DNA of 64,000 nt from an uncultured Candidatus Saccharibacteria bacterium (GCA_964609135.1 CAZSQQ010000002.1:13349-77348), one strand, 5' to 3'; shown: positions 1 to 9,297, counted from the first letter of the stretch. The notes: a model not told the origin generated them from the sequence alone. A program made the numbers and translations.

Positions 1-301
1 TCCAATAATCACTCAGTTTTTCAAAAAATCCCTGCTCGTAATAAAAAAGTTTTAGAAAAGCGTTCAGTTGCTTTGGAGTTGGACGAGCCGGCAAGTGTTT
101 TCGCAAAATCTCTTCAACCCGGCCATGAAACACTTTATTGGAAAGGTCCTGCCGGGAAAATCCCACCACCTGAAACATCTCCGGTAACTTATCCTTTTCA
201 AACAAGTGAAAAAGAGCCGGTACAATCTTCTTGGCTATGAGGTCCCCGGTCGCGCCGAAAAGCACCAGGATGGTAGGAATGTTTGACGAATTATCCTTCA
301 T
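1..301 (-). CDS. zwf: glucose-6-phosphate 1-dehydrogenase, N-terminal part (5' end in window, rest runs off left edge)
   Basis: Manual translation from ATG at 301: MKDNSSNIPTILVLFGATGDLIAKKIVPALFHLFEKDKLPEMFQVVGFSRQDL...; GxxGDLAKKK-x-PAL is the classic G6PD N-terminal dinucleotide-binding signature. Not in ORF track because partial. Confidence 0.6.
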   Translation of the reverse strand, partial: MKDNSSNIPTILVLFGATGDLIAKKIVPALFHLFEKDKLPEMFQVVGFSRQDLSNKVFHGRVEEILRKHLPARPTPKQLNAFLKLFYYEQGFFEKLSDYW

Positions 302-377
302 AACTCAACTGAAATTTTAGCACTAATCCAAAAGAAAAACCGCCCGGGGCGGTTTTCCCATAATCCTACTTAAACCA

Positions 378-659
378 CTAGGCTGTTTTTACTCGGGCTC
401 CCTTTACCACCAGCCAGATAAACATAAGATAGCCGGCGACTATAATCAAATGGTCGATGTGATAATCCTCAATAAAGCCAATTCCCAAAAACTCGCCGGT
501 TGCATGCGCAAGGTTAGATATTCCAATAAAAGCGAGCGCGGCCACGGTTGCGGTCACGGCAGAATAAGTAAGACCCCGAGCCATCGCCCAGACGGCGCTC
601 GCAAGCGCTCCTGCCGCAAGAACTGTCATTACAATGCTGATAATTAAGTGAGTCGTCAT
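378..659 (-). CDS. small hypothetical membrane protein (3 predicted TM)
   Basis: 93-aa ORF, strongly hydrophobic segments; no recognisable family. Confidence 0.35.
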   Translation of the reverse strand: MTTHLIISIVMTVLAAGALASAVWAMARGLTYSAVTATVAALAFIGISNLAHATGEFLGIGFIEDYHIDHLIIVAGYLMFIWLVVKGARVKTA

Positions 660-746
660 GGTTTATACTTTAATGGTGACTAAATTTGCTAACTCATCGA
701 CCTTGAACTGATTCAACATCATGATATCAGAAACTTAAAATAGGGG

Positions 747-1784
747 TCAAGTTAACCAAGGCTCAATTAATCCAAGTTTCTTATTAGCGCAGTCAATCTC
801 GGCTTTTACTCCAAGCGGCAAAATAATTTGCGGATCGGTGTGCCCGAAATCCACATTAGTAACTATGGGTAAATTAGGCTTTCCAAACTCCTGCGCAATA
901 ATAGAAACAATCTTTTCTTCTAATTTCACTTTCTCTTCATCGGAATAATCGCGCGCCCTTCCAAAAACTAATCCGTTAATCCTATCGAAAAAACCCTGCA
1001 TCCCATAATTTCGAAGAGCGTGATCAATCTCGTGAAGCGAGGGTTTTTCCTCGGATGTTTCCAAAAGGAAAATCTTACCGCTCAAAAATTCCGGCTTTGG
1101 CCAAAATTCAGTCGCTTTCATCATTTCCAGAACTTCCAAGCAACCGCCAAACAACTCTCCCTGAACAGTGCCCCTTCCCTGTAAAAATCTCCAGCCAGAA
1201 TTCTTTTTCAATTGTTTTACCTTGCCAAGATTGGTTTTATCTCCCCATTCCGGATAACCATCACAGTATTCCTCGTAAGCGACATACTCATAGGCATCTT
1301 TTGGTTCAAAAAACATCTCTCTAACGTGTTCCTTAAAAGTTGGAGGCAGGCTTTCCATTTGCGAAAATCCAGCCATAATCGAGGGCCCATAAAAAGTTAC
1401 TAATCCTAATTGATTGCAATAGGTATGTAGGGTTGTCGTATCAGAATAACCCATCAAAATTCTGGGGTTGTTCTTAATTATCTCTTTATCGAGGTACGGC
1501 AAAATTCTCACGGAGTCATCTCCGCCTATCGAAGTAAAAACTGCTTTTATACTACTATTACTAAATGCATCATTAATATCCCCGGCACGAACCTGCGGAT
1601 TATTTCGAAGATATTTAGCGTCTGCTCTAGCGGTTGGGTATTCTTTAACTTTCAATCCCCACTCTTCCAAAACTTTTAAACCATTCTCGTAAATATGCGG
1701 GAATACGCTCGGCCCTCCCCATGAAGGCGATAAGATTGCAACTGTATCACCTTGTTTTAATTTTTTGGGTTTTAAGTAGTTCAC
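747..1784 (-). CDS. LD-carboxypeptidase / peptidase S66 family (muramoyltetrapeptide carboxypeptidase-like)
   Basis: SPSWGG and MGYSDTT(T) motifs typical of S66 LD-carboxypeptidases; start trimmed to GTG at 1784 because the longer ORF (to 1856) would run through a tRNA gene. Confidence 0.7.
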   Translation of the reverse strand: MNYLKPKKLKQGDTVAILSPSWGGPSVFPHIYENGLKVLEEWGLKVKEYPTARADAKYLRNNPQVRAGDINDAFSNSSIKAVFTSIGGDDSVRILPYLDKEIIKNNPRILMGYSDTTTLHTYCNQLGLVTFYGPSIMAGFSQMESLPPTFKEHVREMFFEPKDAYEYVAYEEYCDGYPEWGDKTNLGKVKQLKKNSGWRFLQGRGTVQGELFGGCLEVLEMMKATEFWPKPEFLSGKIFLLETSEEKPSLHEIDHALRNYGMQGFFDRINGLVFGRARDYSDEEKVKLEEKIVSIIAQEFGKPNLPIVTNVDFGHTDPQIILPLGVKAEIDCANKKLGLIEPWLT

Positions 1785-1792
1785 TTTTTGGG

Positions 1793-1879
1793 CGGAAGGG
1801 GCGAGATTCGAACTCGCGGTACCATTTCTGGCACACAGTCTTTCCAGGACTGCCATTTAAACCGCTCATGCACCCTTCC
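1793..1879 (-). tRNA. tRNA-Ser (anticodon GGA)
   Basis: Reverse strand reads GGAAGGGTG...CAGTC-CTGGAAA-GACTG...long variable arm...GCGAGTTCGAATCTCGC-CCCTTCC-G; 7-nt anticodon loop CUGGAAA gives GGA; long extra arm typical of Ser. Confidence 0.85.
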
Positions 1880-1904
1880 TTGACTTAAGACGATATTAGC
1901 TAAT

Positions 1905-2480
1905 TTATCTCGCTCTTACAACCCTATTTTTACCAGCTTTTTTGGCCTGATACATCGCCTTATCGGCTCTTTTAACCAAGTTATCAAGTGTGCTTTCCTT
2001 TTTCATCCCCGCCACTCCGAAACTGGCAGTCAAATAAATTTTCTTGCCCCTGAAAGCGACTGACATTCTTTCCACTTTCTCTCTTAAATTTTCGGCCACG
2101 AGCTCAGCGTCATTGCCGCTCGCGCCAACCAAGGCGACCACAAATTCTTCTCCGCCGAACCTGCCCACAATATCGTTATCCCGCAGGTGTTTCACAAAAA
2201 CTTCGGCCAGAGCTTTTAGGGCCGCGTCGCCAGCATTATGCCCATACTTATCATTCAACTTTTTGAAATTATCTATGTCGGCAAAAATGACGCTGAAGTC
2301 CCTCACAAAAAACTTTTTCCTCATAATTTTGTGATGAGCCGTTTCGTAAGCGGTTTTAAACATTTTTCCCGCTTCTTCCAAAAATCCTCGGCGATTATAA
2401 ACCCCGGTTAGCGGGTCTTTATAGACAAGTCCTTTTAACCGGGAAAGCTCTTTTTTAAGACCTTGAACCTCTTTCGTCAT
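1905..2480 (-). CDS. GGDEF-domain diguanylate cyclase (short, coiled-coil N-terminus)
   Basis: DPLTGVYNRRGF ... RFGGEEF (GGEEF active-site motif); start taken at ATG 2480 whose A is shared with htpX stop (TAATG). Confidence 0.7.
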   Translation of the reverse strand: MTKEVQGLKKELSRLKGLVYKDPLTGVYNRRGFLEEAGKMFKTAYETAHHKIMRKKFFVRDFSVIFADIDNFKKLNDKYGHNAGDAALKALAEVFVKHLRDNDIVGRFGGEEFVVALVGASGNDAELVAENLREKVERMSVAFRGKKIYLTASFGVAGMKKESTLDNLVKRADKAMYQAKKAGKNRVVRAR

Positions 2481-3376
2481 TAAACTGACATTACTTTCAG
2501 AGCCTTGATGCGTTCCTGGATTGGCGGATGAGTCATAAAAAGCTTGGTAAGCCAATTAACTTTACCTTTACTGGCTTTAAACGGATTATCAAGCCAAAGA
2601 TGGGCGGTCGCGGTATTGGCTCTCTGCATAGAAGTAGTATCGGCCGAGATTTTTTGTAAGGCGCTTGCCAACCCCTCCGGATAGCGCGTAAGCAAAGCGC
2701 CGGAAGAATCAGCTAAAAATTCTCGACTGCGGGAGATAGCCAGTTGAATGAGGGTGGCGGTAAGAGGAGCTACGAAGGATAGTATTAGACCCACCAGAAT
2801 CATAAATCCTCCACCGTTTCTGTCGCGCCTGCCGCCTCCCCAAAACATTGAACGGAGGAATATATCGGCGAGGATGGACATAAAGCCGACCAAAATCACG
2901 GCCACGGTGGAAACCAACATATCGCGATTGCCTATGTGTGAGAGTTCGTGAGCAAGCACTCCTTCCAACTCGGTTTTATCAAGTTTTTCTAAAAGGCCAT
3001 CCGTTACAGCTACAACCGCATGATTAGCGTCCCTACCAGTTGCAAAAGCATTGAGAGCACGCTCTGGCACAACATAAATCCTGGGAGTGGGGAGGCCGGC
3101 GGTAATCGCTAAGTTCTCCACAATTCTATAAAGCTCGGGGTTGTCCTTCTTCTCAATCGGCTTCGCCCCCGCCATTTTCAAAACAATCCTGTCCGAATAC
3201 CAGAAACTCACAACGCTCATCAGAGTGCTGAAGATTACCGCAATCCAAAGAATGCTGGGATCACCGTAAGCTTGGCTAAATGTCCAACCTAAACCGATAA
3301 CAATAATTAAAAAGGCGCTGAACAGTATCCAAGTCTTGCGGATATTTTCAGATTTATGAGTGTAAAGCGATGTCAT
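2480..3376 (-). CDS. htpX: zinc metalloprotease HtpX (M48)
   Basis: HELSHI (HExxH) zinc motif, 4 TM topology, typical HtpX N-terminus; ATGA overlap with lemA. Confidence 0.85.
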   Translation of the reverse strand: MTSLYTHKSENIRKTWILFSAFLIIVIGLGWTFSQAYGDPSILWIAVIFSTLMSVVSFWYSDRIVLKMAGAKPIEKKDNPELYRIVENLAITAGLPTPRIYVVPERALNAFATGRDANHAVVAVTDGLLEKLDKTELEGVLAHELSHIGNRDMLVSTVAVILVGFMSILADIFLRSMFWGGGRRDRNGGGFMILVGLILSFVAPLTATLIQLAISRSREFLADSSGALLTRYPEGLASALQKISADTTSMQRANTATAHLWLDNPFKASKGKVNWLTKLFMTHPPIQERIKALKVMSV

Positions 3377-3927
3377 TAAAACTTAACTGGAACGGGTCTA
3401 TCCTCTTCTCCGGTAGTTTCAAAAAATTTATCTGATTTAAAACCGAAGGTGCCGGCAATTAAATTGGCGGGAAAACTCTCAACGGTCGAATTCAAATCCA
3501 TAACTGTTGAGTTATAGAAGCGACGAGCGGCCTGAATCTTGTCTTCGGTATCAGAAAGTTCGCTCTGCAAAGACAAGAAATTGGTGTTGGCTTTCAGATC
3601 CGGATAACTCTCGGCTACCGCGAAAAGAGTTTTTAAGGCGCCCGAGAGCATATTCTCTGATTTATCCCGTTCCAAGGGATTGCCGGCCTGGGAGACGCTG
3701 GCTCTCGCTCTCGTCACATTCTCTAAAACTCCCCGCTCGTGAGCCATATAACCCTTGACCATCTCCACCAGGTTGGGAATAAGGTCGAAACGCCTTTTCT
3801 CCTGGACGTCTATGTCGGATAGCGCCTCTCTAAGACGATTGCGCAGAGTGACCAACCCGTTGTAGGTCATAATGACCCATAAAATCACGACTCCGAATAT
3901 CACTAAGGCAATGTATAAGGTGTTCAT
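3376..3927 (-). CDS. lemA: LemA family protein
   Basis: N-terminal TM followed by LemA-type helical domain (LVTLRNRL...ESYPDLKAN...); canonical LemA-HtpX pairing. Confidence 0.8.
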   Translation of the reverse strand: MNTLYIALVIFGVVILWVIMTYNGLVTLRNRLREALSDIDVQEKRRFDLIPNLVEMVKGYMAHERGVLENVTRARASVSQAGNPLERDKSENMLSGALKTLFAVAESYPDLKANTNFLSLQSELSDTEDKIQAARRFYNSTVMDLNSTVESFPANLIAGTFGFKSDKFFETTGEEDRPVPVKF

Positions 3928-3936
3928 GGTTTTATT

Positions 3937-5568
3937 TTAATACTCGCCGGGCATTCCAGCCATACCTCCGCCGGCTGGCGGATTATCTTTCTTGGGAATT
4001 TCAGTGATGGCCGCACCCACAGTCAGGTAATTGGCGGCAACTGAAACCGCGTTCATAAAGGCCGTTTTCACGACCTTCAAGGGATCAATGATGCCAGCCG
4101 ACTTTAAGTCGCCTATGGTGTTCGTTAGGGCGTTAAAGCCAACCCAAGCATCGTTCTTATTCTTTAATTCATCGAGAACTTTACCGGATGATTCACCGCT
4201 ATTCGCGACGATGGCGCTAATGGGAGATAAAATCGCTTTCACTAAAATAGAATGAGCCGCTTCTTTAACGGGATCATCATATAACTCAATCATCTTCATG
4301 GCTACATTAAACAAAGCTACGCCTCCCCCAGGTACAATGCCCTCTTCCATGGCCGCGCGGGTGGCAGATACCGCATCCTCGACCCTTTGCTTCAAAGTTT
4401 TTTGTTCTGACTCTGTTGGCGCGCCGACTTTAATAACGGCTACACCGCCGGATAACTTTCCCAAACGCTCCTGTAATTTCTCTTTGTCAAAATCAGAATC
4501 GGTTTTCTTAATTTGAACCTTTATCTGGGCAATCCTGTCTGCAATCACCTTCTTGTCGCCTTTGCCTCCGACGATGGTAGTCGTGTCTTTGTTGGAAAGA
4601 ACTTTATGAGCGTGGCCTAAATCAGAAAGTTCAATATTCTCCAATTTCTTCCCTAAATCCTCTGAAATAAACTGGGCGCCGGAAACAATCGCAATGTCCT
4701 CAAGCATCTCCTTTCGTCTATCGCCGAATCCCGGAGCCTTGACTGCCAAAACATTAAAGACTCCACGAAGCTTATTAACTACCAACGTGGCTAAAGCTTC
4801 GCCCTCAACTTCATCGGCGATAATTACCAGCTCTTTCTTGCCGCTCTGAATGACTTTTTCCAAAAGCGGGAGCATCTCCTGAACCGAAGACACTTTTTTG
4901 TCGGTTACCAGCAGGTAAGGGTCCTCAAGGGATGCCTCCATCCGCTCGGCGTTCGTCATCATATAAGGAGAAACGTAACCCCTATCGAACTGCAATCCCT
5001 CAACTATCTCATGGGAACTGCCGATGGTATTGGAGTCTTCTATGGTAACCACTCCTTCCTTGCCGATTTTTTCCATCACCTCGGCTATAAGCTTCCCGAT
5101 TCCGGCATCTTTGGCTGAGAGAGTTGCTACTTCCTCAACTTTCTTAGGGTCGTTAATAAGTTCTCTCTGGGATTCTAAACGCTTAACGATAGCTTCACTC
5201 CCTTTCCTCAATTCCTCCGCGAGCTGAATGACATTAAAGCCCTTTTCTTTAATGGCTTTTTCACCCTCCTCAATCATGGCGTGAGCCAAAACTACCGAAG
5301 TAGTGGTACCGTCACCTACGTTATCATTGGTTTTATCGGCCGCTTGCTTAATAAATTCGGCTCCCAGGTTCTCGTACTTATCCTCAAGCTCAACTTCTTT
5401 GGCAACGGTCACCCCATCAAAAGTGACCTGGGGCGCACCATAACTTTTTTCAATAACCACTGCACGACCCCTCGGACCTAAGGTCATCCTGACCGCTTCG
5501 GCGAGCTTATCAATTCCTTTTTTTATCTTACCCCTTGCTTCTTCGTTAAAAACAATTTGTTTGGCCAT
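3937..5568 (-). CDS. groL: chaperonin GroEL (Cpn60)
   Basis: [12 protein letters not shown]..., [18 protein letters not shown]-terminal GGM-type tail; 543 aa. Confidence 0.95.
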   Translation of the reverse strand: MAKQIVFNEEARGKIKKGIDKLAEAVRMTLGPRGRAVVIEKSYGAPQVTFDGVTVAKEVELEDKYENLGAEFIKQAADKTNDNVGDGTTTSVVLAHAMIEEGEKAIKEKGFNVIQLAEELRKGSEAIVKRLESQRELINDPKKVEEVATLSAKDAGIGKLIAEVMEKIGKEGVVTIEDSNTIGSSHEIVEGLQFDRGYVSPYMMTNAERMEASLEDPYLLVTDKKVSSVQEMLPLLEKVIQSGKKELVIIADEVEGEALATLVVNKLRGVFNVLAVKAPGFGDRRKEMLEDIAIVSGAQFISEDLGKKLENIELSDLGHAHKVLSNKDTTTIVGGKGDKKVIADRIAQIKVQIKKTDSDFDKEKLQERLGKLSGGVAVIKVGAPTESEQKTLKQRVEDAVSATRAAMEEGIVPGGGVALFNVAMKMIELYDDPVKEAAHSILVKAILSPISAIVANSGESSGKVLDELKNKNDAWVGFNALTNTIGDLKSAGIIDPLKVVKTAFMNAVSVAANYLTVGAAITEIPKKDNPPAGGGMAGMPGEY

Positions 5569-5573
5569 ATATA

Positions 5574-5930
5574 TTAGTCTTTATCCTTTGGTAAATTATC
5601 TAAAAATTTCTTTGCATCTGTGGCGGTAAATTCTTTGCCTCCCTCTATTATCGCTAAAATATCATCTTCGTCTCCGACCAAATATTTCTTGCCGTCAACT
5701 TCAATTTCATCAGGGCCGTACTTTTTAAACAAGACTGTGTCGCCGGGCTTCACCGACATCGGTACAAGTTCGCCTTTATCGTTTCTCTTGCCGGGACCAA
5801 CGGCCACTACTTTGCCCTGCATCGGCTTTTCCTTATCAGCCGTGTCGGGAATAACTATCCCCGACTTGGTAGTTTTTTCGTCCTCTGAAATTTCTATAAA
5901 AACGTGGTTGGAAAGAGGTTTTAGATTCAT
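5574..5930 (-). CDS. groS: co-chaperonin GroES (Cpn10) with C-terminal extension
   Basis: MNLKPLSNHVFIE...GKVVAVGPGKR... mobile-loop and roof motifs of GroES; 5 nt upstream of groEL. Confidence 0.9.
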   Translation of the reverse strand: MNLKPLSNHVFIEISEDEKTTKSGIVIPDTADKEKPMQGKVVAVGPGKRNDKGELVPMSVKPGDTVLFKKYGPDEIEVDGKKYLVGDEDDILAIIEGGKEFTATDAKKFLDNLPKDKD

Positions 5931-5941
5931 ACTGCAGAATA

Positions 5942-5970
5942 CATTTAATCAAGAAAGAAGAGTTTGTCAA
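5942..5970 (-). promoter_or_regulatory. sigma70-like promoter for groES operon (-35 TTGACA, 17-nt spacer, -10 TAAATG); very short leader, no CIRCE
   Basis: Minus-strand sequence TTGACAAACTCTTCTTTCTTGATTAAATG-T-ATTCTGCAGT-ATG(groES). Confidence 0.35.
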
Positions 5971-6089
5971 GAATTTCCATCTTATTTGACAAAATACACA
6001 TTAAATGATAGCGTTTTCAGTGAAGTTCGCGATCCTAAGCAACGTAAAGGTTCCTTGGGTTCGCTGAAACCAGGGAACATTTACATAAG

Positions 6090-6330
6090 GGATTGAAGAA
6101 AGGGGGTGAAAAACATGATCCGATTCCTGTGTCTCTTGCGCGGGCATCTCTGGCACTCCGAGGAAGTTGCTCCCGGGAAATACGGGGGGTACAGATGCAC
6201 TCGGTGCGGCCAACCTTTCGTCCACATCTCTCTCATCTCTCAGGGCTGACCTTGGCACCGCGTGCCCCGGTCCCTCACGGGGAGGTGGGGAGGACCGGGG
6301 CCGTCGCTGGTAGCGACGGCCTCTTTTTTA
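6090..6330 (+). ncRNA. candidate structured small RNA (GC-rich island ending in intrinsic terminator); family not assigned
   Basis: About 65% GC over 240 bp against an AT-richer background; several GC-rich hairpins (GCAC-TCG-GTGC at 6206-6216; CCCCGGTCC...GGACCGGGG at 6268-6298); both ORFs across it have implausible composition. Confidence 0.3.
6299..6330 (+). terminator. Rho-independent terminator (plus strand)
   Basis: GGCCGTCGCT-GGTA-AGCGACGGCC, 10-bp perfect stem, followed by TCTTTTTTATTT. Confidence 0.55.
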
Positions 6331-7008
6331 TTTCTTGCGGCGTTCCATCGCGAGCATCGCCTCGATACGCTTAGTATCCGGATGGAACTCCAGTTCGTTA
6401 TCGTTATAAACAATTCTCGGCTTATATCCCAAATCTGCTTTGACGCTGGACTTGATTAACTTTAATTGGACCCTTCTCTGAAGATTCTCAAAAAAGTTCC
6501 AGAACCAGTCGAACAATCCTGATTCGAAAAACTTTACAATTCCAAATTTTCCCTTTGAAGAATGACGTGAGTCGCGCGCAAGATACTCACGCTTAGGTTT
6601 TAACCAGTCGTTGGCTCTAAAAAACTCATTAACTTTTTCTATTTCTCCGAAAACCGGAACTAAATTACGGTAAAGCTCCCCCCAGTAAGCGTTATAAGGC
6701 GGTTTCAATTTGTAGCTTTTGGAAGTCACGAAGTGATTGAGACAAATCTTATCTTTAGCTTCATTCTTGTGCGTGAGCCCTCCCCTTCTCCATCTGGGGA
6801 TGCCTAACAAAAACCACGACAGTCCCCGTACCGTAAATATTCTCCCTTGTCTCGCACCGACAATCACATCGAAGTCGGAATTCTCGCTCACGTTCCCGGT
6901 TGCGAGCGACCCCGCCACCAATACAAAGTCCAAAAACGGGATAAACCTGAAGAGCCAAATTCTCCCTAACAGCTTCCGCCACTTTTTATCTAAAAGCTCA
7001 TTCCTCAT
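6328..7008 (-). CDS. Pol-beta-superfamily nucleotidyltransferase-domain protein
   Basis: GSLATGNVSENSDFDVIV matches the GS-x(9-13)-D-x-D nucleotidyltransferase motif; rest has no recognisable domain. Confidence 0.55.
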   Translation of the reverse strand: MRNELLDKKWRKLLGRIWLFRFIPFLDFVLVAGSLATGNVSENSDFDVIVGARQGRIFTVRGLSWFLLGIPRWRRGGLTHKNEAKDKICLNHFVTSKSYKLKPPYNAYWGELYRNLVPVFGEIEKVNEFFRANDWLKPKREYLARDSRHSSKGKFGIVKFFESGLFDWFWNFFENLQRRVQLKLIKSSVKADLGYKPRIVYNDNELEFHPDTKRIEAMLAMERRKK

Positions 7009-8014
7009 CCTCCACTTCTTGAGGAGTGTTTATTACTACCGGGTCTATGCCGGGCTCTTCCCCGCTGATTCTAAGAACATCTTTATCAATCTTCCCCAAT
7101 TCTTTATAAGCATTGTTATACATATTTACGGTTGTCCCCAAGTGAGTCCCCAATTTTTCCATATAGGATTCGTAGCCGGCCAAGTGCCGACCCAATTCTC
7201 CCACTCTCTTTTGGATTTCCTTGGCGGATTCCTCGATCTGCATCGCCTTCAACCCCTGCATAACCGTCTGAAGATAGGCCAAGAACGAACTGGGAGAAAC
7301 AATCACCACCTTCTTCTCACCCATGGCGTATTCAATAAGGTCCCTGGTATTGGTTTTAATGGCCCCGATTTTATTCACGAGCAGATCATAATAAACCGCC
7401 TCGGCGGGAATAAACATAAAAGCGAAATCCATCGTTCCTTCGTCCGGCTTGATGTATTTTGAGGTTTCATCAATCCGGGCCTTCAAATCTTCTTTGAAAG
7501 CCGACTCCAATCTTTCCCTTTCAGCCTCGTCTCTCACGTCCAAAAGCCGCTGATAATTTTCCAGACTGAACTTGGAATCAATGGGAATCACTTTGTCGCG
7601 GATTTTGATGACGAAGTCCACCGCCGTACCATCTTTAAATTTATACTGCCGCTCATAATTGTGCGGGAAATAATTCTGCAAGATTACTTCCAGCGAATAC
7701 TCTCCCAAAATCCCACGCTGTTTCGGGTTCTTCAGAATATCCTGCATATTTCTTAACTGGTCGGCGAAATTAACAACCTGGCGGTTGGTTTCATCAAGCT
7801 TGGTAAGCCGCTCGGTTACATCGCGGATTATCTCCCGGCTTTGGCTGAACTGCACGCCGAGCTTGGAATCCAAGGTTCTTGTTATTTCATTCATCTGGTT
7901 TTGGAGAAGTAAAAGCGACTTGTCGTCAACCGACTCCTTTTTACGCAGCAATAAGAAAAGGTTAACCGCCAAAGCGCCTAAGATGATGAGTAGAAGCAAG
8001 GTAACGGTATCCAT
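6998..8014 (-). CDS. rmuC: DNA recombination protein RmuC
   Basis: N-terminal TM, long coiled coil, then RmuC core (GILGE..., FMFIPAEAVYYDL...); start set to Met21 (8014) so it does not overlap the divergent ndh start. Confidence 0.75.
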   Translation of the reverse strand: MDTVTLLLLIILGALAVNLFLLLRKKESVDDKSLLLLQNQMNEITRTLDSKLGVQFSQSREIIRDVTERLTKLDETNRQVVNFADQLRNMQDILKNPKQRGILGEYSLEVILQNYFPHNYERQYKFKDGTAVDFVIKIRDKVIPIDSKFSLENYQRLLDVRDEAERERLESAFKEDLKARIDETSKYIKPDEGTMDFAFMFIPAEAVYYDLLVNKIGAIKTNTRDLIEYAMGEKKVVIVSPSSFLAYLQTVMQGLKAMQIEESAKEIQKRVGELGRHLAGYESYMEKLGTHLGTTVNMYNNAYKELGKIDKDVLRISGEEPGIDPVVINTPQEVEDEE

Positions 8015-8045
8015 AGGGTTTATCAATAGTGAATTATATAAGATA

Positions 8046-9296
8046 ATGAAGATAATGGGAAAAAAGATAGTCATTTTGGGCGCCGGTTTCGGAGGACTTC
8101 ACGCGGCAATGGTATTGGGCAAGAAAATCGGCAGACGAAATGAGGTGATACTAATTGACCGAAACCCGTATCACACTTACACCCCTACGCTTTATGAAAT
8201 CGCCACCACCTCCAAAGAGGTGGCTAATTTGGTTGATTTAAAATCAATTGTCACCTTCCCGATTGCTGAAATCCTGAAGGGTATGCCCGTCGGATTCACA
8301 GAGGCCGAGATCAAAGAGCTTGATTTGAAAGGGGGCGATATTCACCTCGACGATGGCCAAAAGTTAAAGTACGACTTTCTCATCATCGCTCTTGGAGCAG
8401 AAACAAATTACTTCAACATCCCTGGGCTTAAAGAAAATTCTCTCGATCTGAAAAGTTTCAACGAGGCTGTTAAAATCCGCGACACTGTCTGGAATTTGAT
8501 AGACGGCGGAAATAAAAATGTAAAAATATTAATCGGGGGAGGGGGTTCAACCGGAGTTGAACTTGCTGGAGAACTACAGCAATGGCTCTGTGAATTCGAT
8601 AAAGGACACAAGAAGTGTTTTGCGGAGGTAAAAATAATCGAAGCCGGGCCGAGTATTCTAAACGGCTTTCCCAAAACAGTTGTCGAAAAGGTGATGAGAC
8701 GTCTTGCACGCCTTGCGGTTGAAGTAATTACAAACGAGGCAATTAAGGAAGTTGCCAAAAAAGAAGTTTTATTAAATAGCGGCAAGAAAATTCCTTTTGA
8801 CGTTTTAATATGGGCGGGAGGAGTAAAAGCCAATTCCCTAACGAGTGGCCTACCGCTAAAAATAGAAAGGCGGGGCAGGGCGGAAGTCATGCCGGGGATG
8901 ATATGTCTCCCTGAATCACCAGAGCTGAAACTCTTCGGAAAAATTTACGGATTGGGAGACGTAACGTGCTTTTATAAGAACGACGGTACACCGATACCCA
9001 GTGTTGCGAGAGCAGCTATTTCTCAAGCCGATATTGTTGCCAAGAACATAATTTGCGATATCTACGGGAAGGAGCCGGTGAAATATAAGCCGACAGAATA
9101 TCCTTATATAATCCCGGTTGGCGGCAAATACGCGGTTGCGAAAGTAGGGCCAATAATTATCTCCGGATTCTCGGCTTGGATCCTTAAAGGATTTGTTGAG
9201 TTAAATTACTTGCTATCAATAATGCCGCCAGGCCGAGCTGTAAAAACTTGGCTTAGGGGTCTAAAAATCTTTATCCAAAACGATCGTTTGGGATAA
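8046..9296 (+). CDS. ndh: type II NADH dehydrogenase (NDH-2) / FAD-dependent pyridine nucleotide-disulfide oxidoreductase
   Basis: Two Rossmann GxGxxG motifs (IVILGAGFGGLHAA; ILIGGGGSTGVELAGEL), about 417 aa, NDH-2 layout; real start is an internal Met of the 503-aa track ORF (8046 or 8055). Confidence 0.8.
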   Translation: MKIMGKKIVILGAGFGGLHAAMVLGKKIGRRNEVILIDRNPYHTYTPTLYEIATTSKEVANLVDLKSIVTFPIAEILKGMPVGFTEAEIKELDLKGGDIHLDDGQKLKYDFLIIALGAETNYFNIPGLKENSLDLKSFNEAVKIRDTVWNLIDGGNKNVKILIGGGGSTGVELAGELQQWLCEFDKGHKKCFAEVKIIEAGPSILNGFPKTVVEKVMRRLARLAVEVITNEAIKEVAKKEVLLNSGKKIPFDVLIWAGGVKANSLTSGLPLKIERRGRAEVMPGMICLPESPELKLFGKIYGLGDVTCFYKNDGTPIPSVARAAISQADIVAKNIICDIYGKEPVKYKPTEYPYIIPVGGKYAVAKVGPIIISGFSAWILKGFVELNYLLSIMPPGRAVKTWLRGLKIFIQNDRLG

Positions 9297-9297
9297 C

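Noticed and set aside
747-1856. 369-aa LD-carboxypeptidase ORF with ATG at 1856
   Set aside because: It overlaps a clear tRNA-Ser gene; a downstream GTG start was chosen.
5931-6100. Searched for a CIRCE element (TTAGCACTC-N9-GAGTGCTAA) upstream of groES
   Set aside because: Only an imperfect unrelated hairpin (GGTTCCTTGG...CCAGGGAAC, 6049-6080) is present; there is no CIRCE-like dyad.
6090-6330. Tried to assign the GC-rich island to tmRNA, SRP RNA, RNase P RNA or 6S RNA
   Set aside because: No tRNA-like 3' end, no SRP helix-8 GGAA motif context and no RNase P P4 consensus. The length (about 240 nt) fits none of them cleanly. Left as an unassigned candidate sRNA.
6001-6374. ORFs 6001..6258(-) and 6093..6374(+) across the GC island
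   Set aside because: Pro/Arg/Ala-rich low-complexity translations typical of GC-rich non-coding sequence read in frame; the plus ORF runs through a terminator hairpin.
6737-7462. 241-aa plus-strand ORF
   Set aside because: Lies antisense across the nucleotidyltransferase/rmuC junction and has no recognisable domain.
8408-8890. 160-aa minus-strand ORF
   Set aside because: Antisense within the NDH-2 gene.
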